From a bacterium (GTDB lineage Bacteria; RUG730): a stretch of 64,000 nucleotides of DNA. Numbering within the stretch: the stretch's first letter is position 1; every line of letters starts with the position of its first letter. This document shows, in pieces, positions 40,112 to 50,486 of this stretch. Where the stretch lies: the NCBI GenBank assembly GCA_031551405.1, contig JAVBNQ010000003.1:1-64000 (forward strand). The letters are read 5' to 3'. The translations under genes were made by a program, and so were the position numbers. The notes under the pieces are model-generated. The model worked only from the letters and a program-made list of their open reading frames with translations, ran no database searches and was not told the DNA's origin.

Positions 40112-40416
40112 AATTTATAATATTTAAAAATAGCCCCAAATTAAAAATTTTAATAGCGTTTTTTTTGGGATTTTTTGTACTTAGTTTTAATGTTTGGGAG
40201 AAATACAAACTGGTTCAAATTGGTTATGATTTGCAAAAAATAGCGCAAAAAATAGAACTTCTAAATGAACGCAAAAACGAGCTGATCATCAAGAAAACGA
40301 GCCTGGAATTTTACAAGAGAATTGATTCAATAGCAAAAGAAAAACTTGGAATGATTGAGTTAGATGACAAAAAATTCGTAATTTTAAATACAAAAAATCG
40401 CGCGGCTGAAAACTAA
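40108..40416 (+). CDS. FtsL-like cell division protein
   Basis: One TM segment, coiled coil, RIDSIAKEKLGM motif. Confidence 0.7.
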   Translation: MKFIIFKNSPKLKILIAFFLGFFVLSFNVWEKYKLVQIGYDLQKIAQKIELLNERKNELIIKKTSLEFYKRIDSIAKEKLGMIELDDKKFVILNTKNRAAEN

Positions 40417-40434
40417 AAAGATGAGGAGATTTCG

Positions 40435-41340
40435 ATGAGCTTGGAGTATGAAATAAATTTTTTAAAAAAAGCAAAAAATGCAGTAATTTTGGCGCATAAT
40501 TATCAATTACCTGAAGTTCAAGATGTTGCAGATTTCGTTGGAGATTCATACGGCCTCGCAAAAATGGCGCAAAACACGGACAAAAAAATTATCGTTTTTT
40601 GCGGAGTGCATTTTATGGCGGAGACTGCGAGCATTATTTGCCCGGATAAAACGGTTTTATTGCCTGATCCGGACGCCGGATGTCCGATGGCAGATATGAT
40701 TACTGTAGAAAAATTGCGTCAGATGAAAAGCGAAAATCCGGACGCGTTAGTTTTGACGTACATTAATTCGAGCGCTTTGATAAAATCTGAGAGCGATGTG
40801 ATTTGTACTTCGTCGAATGCTCTCAAAATCGTAAAAAAAATTCAACAGAAAAAAATTATTTTTACCCCGGACAAATATTTGGGAAGTTACGTCGCAAAAA
40901 ATAATCCGGACAAAGAAATAATTTTATTTCCTGGATATTGCAATGTCCACGCAAAAATTTTGGTTGAAGATGTCGAGAAACTTAAAAAATTACATTCAAG
41001 GGCTGTGGTTTTGGCGCATCCTGAGTGCAGAGGCGAGGTTGTGGATTTGGCAGACGAAGTTTTGTCGACTACGCAAATGATTGATTTTGCGAAAAGTTCG
41101 AAAAAAGATGAGTTTATAATTTGTACTGAGGTTGGAATACTTCATAAATTAAAAAATGATAATCCTACAAAGATTTTTCATCATATTTCAAATGTAGCGA
41201 TTTGTCCAAATATGAAAAAAATTACTCTCGAGAAAGTTTTGTTTTCACTCGAAGATTTAAAGTTTCAAATAAAAGTTGAGGCTGAAATTCGAGAAAAAGC
41301 GAAACTCGCATTGGACAAAATGTTTCATTATGCATCCTGA
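40435..41340 (+). CDS. nadA: Quinolinate synthase A
   Basis: LAHNYQ, FCGVHFMAETA, AGCPMAD, CTSSNA, AHPEC, CPNMK. Confidence 0.97.
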   Translation: MSLEYEINFLKKAKNAVILAHNYQLPEVQDVADFVGDSYGLAKMAQNTDKKIIVFCGVHFMAETASIICPDKTVLLPDPDAGCPMADMITVEKLRQMKSENPDALVLTYINSSALIKSESDVICTSSNALKIVKKIQQKKIIFTPDKYLGSYVAKNNPDKEIILFPGYCNVHAKILVEDVEKLKKLHSRAVVLAHPECRGEVVDLADEVLSTTQMIDFAKSSKKDEFIICTEVGILHKLKNDNPTKIFHHISNVAICPNMKKITLEKVLFSLEDLKFQIKVEAEIREKAKLALDKMFHYAS

Positions 41341-41523
41341 AGTTTTATAAAAAACGAGATTTTGTACGTTTTGCGTCTAAAATTTTGTAGAAAAAGTTTG
41401 GGAATTGTGTTTATATTTGAGTCGAGGAAATTACGACTTGACTTTTGTAGAGCGCTTTACTAAAATTATCGACACTAAATTGTTCGAGATAAGAAAAAAT
41501 TAGAATTTGGAGTTTTAAGAAAA

Positions 41524-43953
41524 ATGCTGGTTTCATACAAATGGATAAAAGAATTTTTTGCGCCTAAAGTTCTCGACGATAAATCTCCAAAAGACATCGC
41601 AGCTATTCTGGTCAATCAAGGACTCGAAGTTGCTGACATAAAATATTTTGGTGATGCATTCAAAAATGTCGTAATTGCGAGAGTTTTGAGCTGTGAGAAA
41701 CATCCAAATGCTGACAAGTTGTCTCTCTGTAAGATCAGTGATGGAAACGATGAATTTCAGGTCATTTGCGGCGCGAAGAATGTGAAAGAAAATATAAACG
41801 TCGCTTTTGCGAAAATTGGTGCTATTTTGCCGGGTAATTTTGAGATAAAAAAAGCAAATCTTAGAGGCGTGGATTCTTTTGGGATGATTTGTTCTGAAAA
41901 GGAATTGGGATTTGCGGCTGAATCAGTCGGAATTTGGATTTTGCCGGATGACGCAAAAATTGGGCAAGATATCGTTGATTTCATGGAATTAGATGATCAC
42001 GTTTTTGAAGTGGAAATAACGCCAAACAGAGGTGATTGTTTGAGCGTAATTGGAATCGCTCGAGAAATCGCAGCTTTTTTGGGTCAGAACATAATTTTAC
42101 CGAAATTAAGAAATTGTGTCGATACAAAAAACGTTGAGAATTTAGAAAATTTTGACGTTGAAATTCAAAATAAACTTGCTTGCGAGAGCTATAGTTTCGC
42201 ACTCGTAAAAAATGTCCAAATTCCCGAAACTCCGATATGGATGAAAATGCGTCTGATTAAATGTGGTCTGCGTCCAATAAATCCTGTCGTCGATATCACG
42301 AATTATTTGCTTCTGGAACTTGGACATCCGATGCATGCGTTTGATTTAGAGAAATTATCAGGGCAAAAAATCGTAGTGAAAAATGCTGATGAAAACATAA
42401 AAAATTTAGCTTTAAATAGCGAAAATTACGAAATGAAAAGTTCAGATGTTGTGATATGTGACTCGGAAAAACCTATTGCGATTGCTGGAATAATTGGCGG
42501 AGAAAATTCTTGCGTTGATGAGAAAACAAAACATATTGTTTTTGAAAGTGCGATTTTTGAACCTTCGAGCGTCAGAAAAACAGTAAAAAGGCTCGGCATT
42601 TCGACAGATTCTTCGTATAGATTCGAGCGAGGCGTGAGCTATGAAACTAAAAATTTTGCGATTTTGCGAGCGGTTGATATTTTGTTAAGTTTAGCTAAAG
42701 ATGCAAAAATTTTTAAATTCGGCGAAATAAATTCTAAAAATAGAGACAAAAAAGTCATTGAAATAAATCAAAAAAAAATCAATAAAACCATAGGAAAAAA
42801 TTACTCGGAAACTGAAATTTTGGAGATTTTCGAGAGATTAAATTTTAAAGTTTTAGAGCAAAAAAATGAAAATTTTTCCGTTGAAATTCCAGATTACAGA
42901 AACGATATTTTGCAAAATATTGATTTGATCGAAGAAATCGCAAGGTTAGACGGATACCTAAATATTCCCGACGAACCGCTTTTCATTAAACCAAGTTTTC
43001 GGCAAGAAAATAGTCTGGCGAAAGAGTCAAAAAAAATCGATTCTTTTAAAAATATTTTTGTGGGTTTCGGCTTTTTCGAAGCGATAAATTATCCGTTCAT
43101 ATCGAGCGAAGATGTGAATTTTTTTGAAGAAAACGTCGCAAATTATTTTGAAATTTTGAATCCGCTCACAGAAACGGAAAAATTTATGACGAGCCACAGA
43201 GTTTTGAATTTGATTCGAACAGGCATCGTGAGCTCTCGTCGTCAGCAAGAATCCGTGAAAATTTTTGAAATCGGGAAGAAATTTGAAAAAAAGACGAATA
43301 TTCCTGAGAATTTTGCAGAAAATGAAAACTATCAATTGGCTGCGGTTTTGATTGGGAACGAGGCAAATATTTATTGGCAAGACAAAACAAAAAAAATCGA
43401 TTTTTACTTTACAAAAGGCCTTGTTACGAGTTTTTTTAAGTCGATAAAATTTAAAAATTTTGAGTTTAGAAATTGCGAAAGCCCGCTCCTTGATCCGCAA
43501 AATTCTGTGCAAATTTTTACGAAAACCGGAACTTATCTTGGCTTTTTGGGCAAATTGTCTCGGAAAGCTTTGAATTATTTTAACGTAAAAACGGATATTT
43601 TTGCGATAGAATTGGATTTGAATATTTTGTTTTCTTCCGATATAAAAAATGTGTATAAACCTGTTTCAGCTTTCCCGATTTTAGAGAGAGATTTGTCGCT
43701 GATTATGAAAAAAGAGCAAAATTATCGAGAAGTTGAGCAAGCGATAAAGAATATTAGTGGAAGTTTGCTAAAAAAAATAACGGTTTTTGATATTTACGAG
43801 GAGAATCCTATACCTGAAACTCACAAAAATATTTCGATAAGACTTTATTTTCAGTCGGAAGAGGAAACTTTGTCCGACGTTTTTATAAACAACATGCAAT
43901 CTGAAATTTTGGCGAATTTACGAGATAAATTTGATATAAATTTAAGGCCGTAA
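41524..43953 (+). CDS. pheT: Phenylalanine--tRNA ligase beta subunit
   Basis: HPNADKL, RGVDSFGMICS, ITPNRGDCLS, VDITNY, SYRFERG, DLIEEIAR, RDLS. Confidence 0.96.
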   Translation: MLVSYKWIKEFFAPKVLDDKSPKDIAAILVNQGLEVADIKYFGDAFKNVVIARVLSCEKHPNADKLSLCKISDGNDEFQVICGAKNVKENINVAFAKIGAILPGNFEIKKANLRGVDSFGMICSEKELGFAAESVGIWILPDDAKIGQDIVDFMELDDHVFEVEITPNRGDCLSVIGIAREIAAFLGQNIILPKLRNCVDTKNVENLENFDVEIQNKLACESYSFALVKNVQIPETPIWMKMRLIKCGLRPINPVVDITNYLLLELGHPMHAFDLEKLSGQKIVVKNADENIKNLALNSENYEMKSSDVVICDSEKPIAIAGIIGGENSCVDEKTKHIVFESAIFEPSSVRKTVKRLGISTDSSYRFERGVSYETKNFAILRAVDILLSLAKDAKIFKFGEINSKNRDKKVIEINQKKINKTIGKNYSETEILEIFERLNFKVLEQKNENFSVEIPDYRNDILQNIDLIEEIARLDGYLNIPDEPLFIKPSFRQENSLAKESKKIDSFKNIFVGFGFFEAINYPFISSEDVNFFEENVANYFEILNPLTETEKFMTSHRVLNLIRTGIVSSRRQQESVKIFEIGKKFEKKTNIPENFAENENYQLAAVLIGNEANIYWQDKTKKIDFYFTKGLVTSFFKSIKFKNFEFRNCESPLLDPQNSVQIFTKTGTYLGFLGKLSRKALNYFNVKTDIFAIELDLNILFSSDIKNVYKPVSAFPILERDLSLIMKKEQNYREVEQAIKNISGSLLKKITVFDIYEENPIPETHKNISIRLYFQSEEETLSDVFINNMQSEILANLRDKFDINLRP

Positions 43954-43999
43954 TCGTATACATAAAATCAATTTAAAAAATAAAATTGTGAGGGGAAAA

Positions 44000-45037
44000 A
44001 TGAATTCCAATTATTTAAACGAGTACAAGGACAAAATTATTCTGGTGACTGGCGGCGCTGGCGCGATCGGTTCAAATTTGGTGCGAAAATTGTCAGAACT
44101 TGAAGCAAAGATGATCATTGTTTTGGATGATTTCTCGTCGGCTGAAAAATGGAATATTCCGTCGCTTTATAATGTGATGCTGGCAGAAGGCGATATTTTG
44201 AACGAGGAAAAATTGAAACGTGTTTTTTTTGAGAGACCCGACTACGTTTTTCATTTGGCTGCGTTTTTTGCAAATCAAAATTCTATTGATCATCCGGAGC
44301 GTGATTTACAGGTAAATGGAATGGGCACTTTAAAATTATTGAGATACGCTGAGCTTACCGGAGCGAAAAGATTTGTCTACGCTTCGAGCGGATGTTCGAT
44401 TTACGGTTCGAATGCACCGATGCCTCTGACGGAAGATTTTATGTCTCTACACCTAAGCACTCCTTACCAAATCACAAAAATGCTTGGCGAGCTTTATTGC
44501 AATTTTTTTAATCATCAGTACGGTACGAAGACTGTAAAAGCTAGATTTTTTAACTCGTACGGACCCGGTGAAATTCCCGGACAATACAGAAATGTTATCC
44601 CAAATTTTATCTACTGGGCGATGAAGGGAATGCCTCTGCCAATCACTGGAACTGGTGAGGAAACGCGTGATTTTACGTTCGTTGGGGATATTGTCGATGG
44701 ACTTTTGCGGGCTGGAGTCATGGAGCAGGCTGTCGGCGAGGAATTCAATCTTGCGGCTGGACGAGAAATAAAAATTGGTGAACTAGCTGAAATGATCAAT
44801 AAAATCACTGGGAATAAAGCAGGAATCAAATATGCTCCAAAACGAAAATGGGACAACAAAAGTCGAATCCTTGCTAGCATCGAAAAGGCAAAAAATCTGA
44901 TCGGTTATAATCCAAATACGAAATTCGAAGATGGATTACTCGAGGCTGTTAAGTGGTTTCAAGATAATTGGGAAAATATCGAGAAAACTATGAGATTTAC
45001 ACCTGGGATGTCATCAGCTGTACGACAGGGAAAATAA
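44000..45037 (+). CDS. NAD-dependent nucleotide-sugar epimerase/dehydratase
   Basis: VTGGAGAIGS, YQITK catalytic YxxxK, RFFNSYGPG, TRDFTFV. Confidence 0.9.
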   Translation: MNSNYLNEYKDKIILVTGGAGAIGSNLVRKLSELEAKMIIVLDDFSSAEKWNIPSLYNVMLAEGDILNEEKLKRVFFERPDYVFHLAAFFANQNSIDHPERDLQVNGMGTLKLLRYAELTGAKRFVYASSGCSIYGSNAPMPLTEDFMSLHLSTPYQITKMLGELYCNFFNHQYGTKTVKARFFNSYGPGEIPGQYRNVIPNFIYWAMKGMPLPITGTGEETRDFTFVGDIVDGLLRAGVMEQAVGEEFNLAAGREIKIGELAEMINKITGNKAGIKYAPKRKWDNKSRILASIEKAKNLIGYNPNTKFEDGLLEAVKWFQDNWENIEKTMRFTPGMSSAVRQGK

Positions 45038-45183
45038 TTTAAAGTTTTAAAAAATAAATTTTGAAAATTTTGTCCTGACAAAAGTTTTAAGAAAAATTTG
45101 CAAATAGAATTTTGCAAAAAAATAGCTTGAAGAACGATTTGATTCGATCTAAATGAATAATTTACTCAACTGTAGGAGATAGA

Positions 45184-45660
45184 ATGCTCGAGATTTTGTT
45201 TGCAATTTTATTTTTTGCTTGTGATCAAATTTCTAAACTTATTATTACCCAATATTTAAATTTATACGAAAGTATTCCTGTTATAAAAAATTTTTTTAAT
45301 ATTTCGTATATACATAATTCCGGTATTGCGTTTGGACTGTTCCATGGATATAATAAAATTATTTTAATTATACTCTTATTTTTGTTTTTGACTGTAATTT
45401 TCTCGATGAGAAAAGATCTAAAAAGTATTTATTTTGCCAACAAAAATAAACTGTTTTTTCGCATAAATTTAGCTTTATTTTTTGGCGGCGCTTTTGGAAA
45501 TCTCGTCGATAGGATTTTTAGAGGCTATGTTGTGGATTTTTTGGATTTTCGCGTTTGGCCTGTTTTTAATTTGGCAGATACTTTCGTGTGTGTCTCGTGT
45601 TTTCTTTTTGCGATTTATTTTTTGAAGAATAGGAAAGAATATGTGTCCGATACTGTTTAA
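45184..45660 (+). CDS. lspA: Lipoprotein signal peptidase
   Basis: DQISK, NSGIAFG, GAFGNLVDR, VVDF, FNLAD. Confidence 0.96.
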   Translation: MLEILFAILFFACDQISKLIITQYLNLYESIPVIKNFFNISYIHNSGIAFGLFHGYNKIILIILLFLFLTVIFSMRKDLKSIYFANKNKLFFRINLALFFGGAFGNLVDRIFRGYVVDFLDFRVWPVFNLADTFVCVSCFLFAIYFLKNRKEYVSDTV

Positions 45661-46417
45661 ATTAGGATTTTTAAATTTTTACAGCTATGGTTTTTTTATC
45701 GCTCTTGCTCTTTTCGTCCCAAGCTATTTTTTTTTGAAGAAAGCCAAAGTTTTAAAGTACGACAGCAAAATTTTAGAAAATATGATTTTCTACATTTTTT
45801 TGAGCGGGATAATTGGCGCTCGCGTTTTGTATGTTTTGTTGAATTTTAAAAATTTTGCCGAGAGTCCTTTAGATGTCTTTAAAATTTGGCAAGGTGGACT
45901 CGTATTTTGGGGCGGATTTGTTTTTGCGTTTTTGACTGGAGCTTTGCTTATAAAAAAATATAAGTTCGATTTCTGGAATTTTGCGGATTTGGTGGCTCCT
46001 TATATTTCTCTCGGGCATTTTTTTGGGAGAATAGGCTGCCTGATGGCCGGTTGCTGCTACGGAAAAATAACCTCGTCGACAGTATCGATTGTTTTCAAAA
46101 ATCCGAACTCTTTGGCTCCAACTCACATTTCACTTTTTCCTACTCAAATTTTTGAGGCAATATTGAATTTTTTGATATTTTTTATCCTCTTAAAATTCTC
46201 AAACAAAAAAAAATTCCCGGGGCAAATAATTGGTTTTTATATGATTTTTTACTCGGTAGCAAGATTTTTTGTGGAATTTTTTAGAGGAGATGATAGAGGC
46301 TATTTTGGACTCTTGAGCATGACACAATTCATCAGCATATTGGTGTTTTTTTTAGGACTTGCGTTTCTATACTTTGCTTTTAAACAATTCTCAAATCAAA
46401 AATCTGGACTAGAATGA
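45641..46417 (+). CDS. lgt: Prolipoprotein diacylglyceryl transferase
   Basis: IIGARVLYV, GGLVFWGG, GRIGCLMAGCCYG, PTQIFE, RFFVEFFRGD. Confidence 0.95.
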   Translation: MCPILFKLGFLNFYSYGFFIALALFVPSYFFLKKAKVLKYDSKILENMIFYIFLSGIIGARVLYVLLNFKNFAESPLDVFKIWQGGLVFWGGFVFAFLTGALLIKKYKFDFWNFADLVAPYISLGHFFGRIGCLMAGCCYGKITSSTVSIVFKNPNSLAPTHISLFPTQIFEAILNFLIFFILLKFSNKKKFPGQIIGFYMIFYSVARFFVEFFRGDDRGYFGLLSMTQFISILVFFLGLAFLYFAFKQFSNQKSGLE

Positions 46418-47367
46418 CGAAAAAATTGACGAATTTACAAACCTATCTTGAAAATAAACAAGAATTTACAAATTTTTGTTTGAATGAATTTTTGGATAAG
46501 AGTACATCTCAACCTAAAATAATCAAAAAATCTATGCGTTACAGCGTTTTTAACGGTGGTAAAAGGCTAAGGCCGACTTTGGCGTTTTTGGCGAACGACA
46601 TTGTAAAAAAAACGAATTTGCGTGATTTTAAAGTGAATTTTTCAAAAAATATTAAGTCGTCAAATATAGAAAGCTTGTCTGTTGCGCTCGAACTGATTCA
46701 TTGTTATTCTTTGGTTCACGATGATTTGCCGGCTCTAGACAACGACGATTATAGGCGGGGAAAACTTACGTGTCACAAAAAATTTGGGGAAGCGATTGCT
46801 ATTCTTGCCGGCGACGCGCTTCTCACAAAAGCCTTCGAGTCAATGTCGAGGATTTCGGACGCGAATATTTTGAAGCAAGTTCTTTCGGAAATTGTGAAAA
46901 ATATCGGCGAAAATGGAATGATCGGCGGGCAGGTTGTGGATTTGGAGAGCGAAAAGTTGGATCCAAAAAACAAAAATGCTGCGAAAATTTTGGATTATAT
47001 CCACAGAAATAAAACGGCAAAACTGATTGAAACGAGCTTGGCGGCCGGAGCGATCGTCGGAGGCGGAAATGCAAAAGTTGTAGAAGAGTTTAGAAAATAC
47101 GGTGAGTGTTTGGGCTACATGTTTCAAATTACGGACGATATTTTGGATATTGTCGGCAATAAAAAATTGCTGGGGAAAAAAGGCAGTGATCTAGAAAATC
47201 AAAAGTTGACTTATGTCGCGATTTTTGGTCTTGAAAAATCCTATAAATTTGTCGCAAAATTTAAAAATAAAGCAAAAAAAATTCTGAAAAATTTGGAACT
47301 AAATTTTGGATTAGAAACAGATTTGTTGTCAGAATTATTGGACTATGTCGAAAAACGTTCGTATTAA
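46414..47367 (+). CDS. ispA: Farnesyl/geranyl diphosphate synthase
   Basis: GGKRLRP, SLVHDDLPALDNDDYRRG, GDALL, GGQVVD, FQITDDILD. Confidence 0.92.
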   Translation: MTKKLTNLQTYLENKQEFTNFCLNEFLDKSTSQPKIIKKSMRYSVFNGGKRLRPTLAFLANDIVKKTNLRDFKVNFSKNIKSSNIESLSVALELIHCYSLVHDDLPALDNDDYRRGKLTCHKKFGEAIAILAGDALLTKAFESMSRISDANILKQVLSEIVKNIGENGMIGGQVVDLESEKLDPKNKNAAKILDYIHRNKTAKLIETSLAAGAIVGGGNAKVVEEFRKYGECLGYMFQITDDILDIVGNKKLLGKKGSDLENQKLTYVAIFGLEKSYKFVAKFKNKAKKILKNLELNFGLETDLLSELLDYVEKRSY

Positions 47368-47469
47368 TTTTTAGTTTTGTAAGTTTTGCAACTTGTAAAA
47401 AGGGAAGAAAAAATTTGTATTTTTTAAAAATTGAAAATAGATGACATTGTTTAAAATAGAGGTGAAATT

Positions 47470-48339
47470 TTGAAAGGAATAATTTTGGCAGGCGGGAAAG
47501 GCAGCAGGCTTTATCCTCTTACTTTTGGCATTTCAAAGCATTTGTTGCCTGTTTTTGATAAGCCGATGATTTACTACCCATTGTCCGTCCTAATGCTTGC
47601 AAATATTCGTGATATTTTGATAATTTCTACGCCGGATGACATAATTTTGTACAAAAAACTTTTTTCAGATGGAAAACATCTCGGCATAAATATTTCTTAC
47701 GCTATTCAAAAGGAACCTCGTGGAATTAGTGAGGCTTTTTTGATTGGCGAAGAATTTATTGGAGACGACACGGTTTCATTAATTTTAGGCGACAACATTT
47801 TTTACGGCTACAATTTGACGGATTTACTCGTAAAAAAGTCGAATTTGCAAAAAGGTGCGTCGATTTTTAGTTATTTTGTGAATGATCCGTATCGCTATGG
47901 AATTGTTGAAACTGACTCTGAAAACAGTATAATTAGCCTCGAGGAAAAGCCTGAAAAACCAAAATCGAATTATGCTGTCACAGGGCTGTATTTTTATGAC
48001 AAAAAAGTCGTCGAATTTGCAAAAAGATTGAAACCGTCTCACCGAGGAGAGTTAGAGATAACGGATTTGAACAAACTTTATCTTGAAATAAGCGAGCTCG
48101 AAGTCGAAAAATTAGGACGAGGAATGATTTGGCTGGATACCGGGACTCACGAAAGCCTCATTGAAGCTGGAAATTTAATTCAAACTTTAGAGCATAGGCA
48201 GGGGTTAAAAGTCGCGTGTCTTGAAGAAATCGCTTTTAACAAAGGATTTATCGACTTGAACCATCTAAAGATTTTGGCAAAAAATTTTCATAACCAATAC
48301 GGGGAATATTTATTAAATTTGGAGAATTTTAAATTATGA
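47470..48339 (+). CDS. rfbA: Glucose-1-phosphate thymidylyltransferase
   Basis: KGIILAGG.GSRLYP, DKPMIYYPL, LGDNIF, EEKP, RGELEITD, WLDTGT. Confidence 0.96.
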   Translation: MKGIILAGGKGSRLYPLTFGISKHLLPVFDKPMIYYPLSVLMLANIRDILIISTPDDIILYKKLFSDGKHLGINISYAIQKEPRGISEAFLIGEEFIGDDTVSLILGDNIFYGYNLTDLLVKKSNLQKGASIFSYFVNDPYRYGIVETDSENSIISLEEKPEKPKSNYAVTGLYFYDKKVVEFAKRLKPSHRGELEITDLNKLYLEISELEVEKLGRGMIWLDTGTHESLIEAGNLIQTLEHRQGLKVACLEEIAFNKGFIDLNHLKILAKNFHNQYGEYLLNLENFKL

Positions 48340-49706
48340 GCACTATTGAGAAAAATAATAATAAATTTATCGAAATATTATTTTGCTTACTAGGTTTGTC
48401 GTTGCCTATTTCAGGTGCATTGACGACTGGACTTTGGTTGGTTTTATTTGTTGCGACATTTTTTAAATTCTCAAAAAATCCTGATAAAAATTTGTTCATT
48501 GATAAAATTCATTTTCCTCTTTATGGTTTCATTTTTTTTACAACTCTATCAATTTTTTTTGCAATTAATTTTTCTGCTTCTATCTTTGAATTTAAAAAAA
48601 CGGCGCAAGTTTTTATTATGTTTATTTTTATTTATAACATGAAAAATGATCTGGATTTAATCAAAAAATTTGTGAAATATTTGTTTATTGGAATTTGTAT
48701 AGTCGTGGTTTTGGGAATAATTCAATATGTTTTTGGAATAAATTCTATACACCGAAGCCTTGTTTATGTTCCGGAATATCTATCTTTTTTACCCAAAAAA
48801 ATACTGTCTTTTTTGAGCTTGAACGACATGCGTATTCAAGGAACGCAGTCTTTGCATCTGACTTATGCTGAAATACTGATCTGTTCATTTACATTCTTTT
48901 TTTATTCAATTTTGGATTCAGCTTATCAAAAAAATTCATTGTGTCAAAAAATAAAAATTTATGTTTTGTACTTTTTTATGTTTTTAGCTCTTATTTTTGG
49001 ATTTTGTCGAGGAGTTTGGATTTCTATGTTTGTGTTTTTCATTTGTTGCCTTATTTTTCAAAAAAAGTATAGATTTCAAATTTTTAAAATGCTTTTAATT
49101 TACATCACAATTTTGTTTTGCGTCATTATACTTTTGATGAAAATCCCGCAAAGGACTCAAAAAACTACGTGGACAGATAAAGGATATTTTGGATTTTATG
49201 AAGGAGAAAACAGTAAAGAACAGTTAAAAAAGCTCAAAGGAAGATTTTTTAGCATAAAACCGTCACAAAATAAGGATCGATTGGCGATGTGGGATATAGG
49301 AATAAAAGTTTGGAAGGATGACCCACTTCTTGGAGTTGGTCCAAAAAATTTGAAAGATGTTTATAATGAATATGCAGAAAAAGAGCCCAATAAATATCCG
49401 CCTTATATGGGACACATTCACAATACGTATTTACAAATTTTAGCTGATCGAGGGATCGTCGGTTTTTTATTTTATGTAGCGATGCTTTTTACATATATGG
49501 GGTATTTTTTTGTGAATTTCAAAAGCATGACAAACTTATCTTTAAAATATTTAGCTTTTGGAGGATTTTCTGTTATTTTAGTTTTTACAATATTCTCATT
49601 CACCGAATATTCTTTTGGTGATAATGAGTTTGTAATGCTGTTTTGGTCACTTTTAGGAACTTCAATAGCCGCTATTTCTAACTATAAAACAAATTTTAAA
49701 AGCTAA
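48336..49706 (+). CDS. O-antigen ligase family membrane protein
   Basis: About 10-12 TM segments; RGVW, R..MW.......PLLGVG, HIHNTYLQ.L...GIVG. Confidence 0.85.
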   Translation: MSTIEKNNNKFIEILFCLLGLSLPISGALTTGLWLVLFVATFFKFSKNPDKNLFIDKIHFPLYGFIFFTTLSIFFAINFSASIFEFKKTAQVFIMFIFIYNMKNDLDLIKKFVKYLFIGICIVVVLGIIQYVFGINSIHRSLVYVPEYLSFLPKKILSFLSLNDMRIQGTQSLHLTYAEILICSFTFFFYSILDSAYQKNSLCQKIKIYVLYFFMFLALIFGFCRGVWISMFVFFICCLIFQKKYRFQIFKMLLIYITILFCVIILLMKIPQRTQKTTWTDKGYFGFYEGENSKEQLKKLKGRFFSIKPSQNKDRLAMWDIGIKVWKDDPLLGVGPKNLKDVYNEYAEKEPNKYPPYMGHIHNTYLQILADRGIVGFLFYVAMLFTYMGYFFVNFKSMTNLSLKYLAFGGFSVILVFTIFSFTEYSFGDNEFVMLFWSLLGTSIAAISNYKTNFKS

Positions 49707-49731
49707 CTTTTTTGAGCTTTGAAATTAAAAA

Positions 49732-50469
49732 CTATCTTTTCCCCCCGATAAAATAAGATTTTAAAAAAAGCGCTAAAAACTCAGAATTCGTAAATAAATA
49801 ACGTTTCCACATTCTACGCGGCTCTTGAATAAATCTGTAAAACCATTCTAGCCCCAGTCTACTAATCCAAACCGGCGCGTGTTTGCACTTCCCTGCCAAA
49901 ATATCAAAACTTCCGCCGACGCCAATACTAACCGGCACCTGCATTGTGTCCAAATTTTTGGCGACGAAGTTTTCTTTAAACGGCGTTGACATCGCGACGA
50001 ACAAAATATCCGGCGCACTTTTTCGAATATCTTCTACAATATCGTGAGGATTGTTTTTATCGAAATATCCGTCGTGCAAGCCCACAACGTTTATTCCCAT
50101 TTCTTCCAATTTTTGTTTGACAATTTTTACAATTTCTTCCGTAGCACCAAGTAAGTAAATCCTGTATTTTTTTTGCGCTAAAACCGGAAGCATTTTGAAC
50201 ATAATATTTGCAGCGCTCGCAGGCTCTGTTAGTTTATTTCCTCGAAATTTTGCGAAATAATAAACTACCCAGCTGTCAACCGTCATAATATCCGACGCGT
50301 CGTAAATTTTTTTCAAATCCGGCGTTTTATTGGCTCTGACGATGAGCTCAGCGTTTGGTGTAAAAACCATGCGCGGCTTTCGCTCGGAAATGTAATTTTC
50401 GATCTTTGCAATTGCCTCGTTAACTGAATAATCGTTAAATTCTAAATTTAAAAATTTAAATTTTTTCAT
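49732..50469 (-). CDS. WecB/TagA/CpsF family glycosyltransferase
   Basis: TPNAE, YLLGA, HDGYF, PDILFVAM..P, GVGGSFD, AP.W....GLEWFYR..QEPRR. Confidence 0.92.
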   Translation of the reverse strand: MKKFKFLNLEFNDYSVNEAIAKIENYISERKPRMVFTPNAELIVRANKTPDLKKIYDASDIMTVDSWVVYYFAKFRGNKLTEPASAANIMFKMLPVLAQKKYRIYLLGATEEIVKIVKQKLEEMGINVVGLHDGYFDKNNPHDIVEDIRKSAPDILFVAMSTPFKENFVAKNLDTMQVPVSIGVGGSFDILAGKCKHAPVWISRLGLEWFYRFIQEPRRMWKRYLFTNSEFLALFLKSYFIGGKR

Positions 50470-50486
50470 TTCAATCTCTCTCTTTT

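Noticed and set aside
41341..41523. T-box leader upstream of pheT
   Set aside because: No GGTGGxACCGCG antiterminator consensus or terminator seen.
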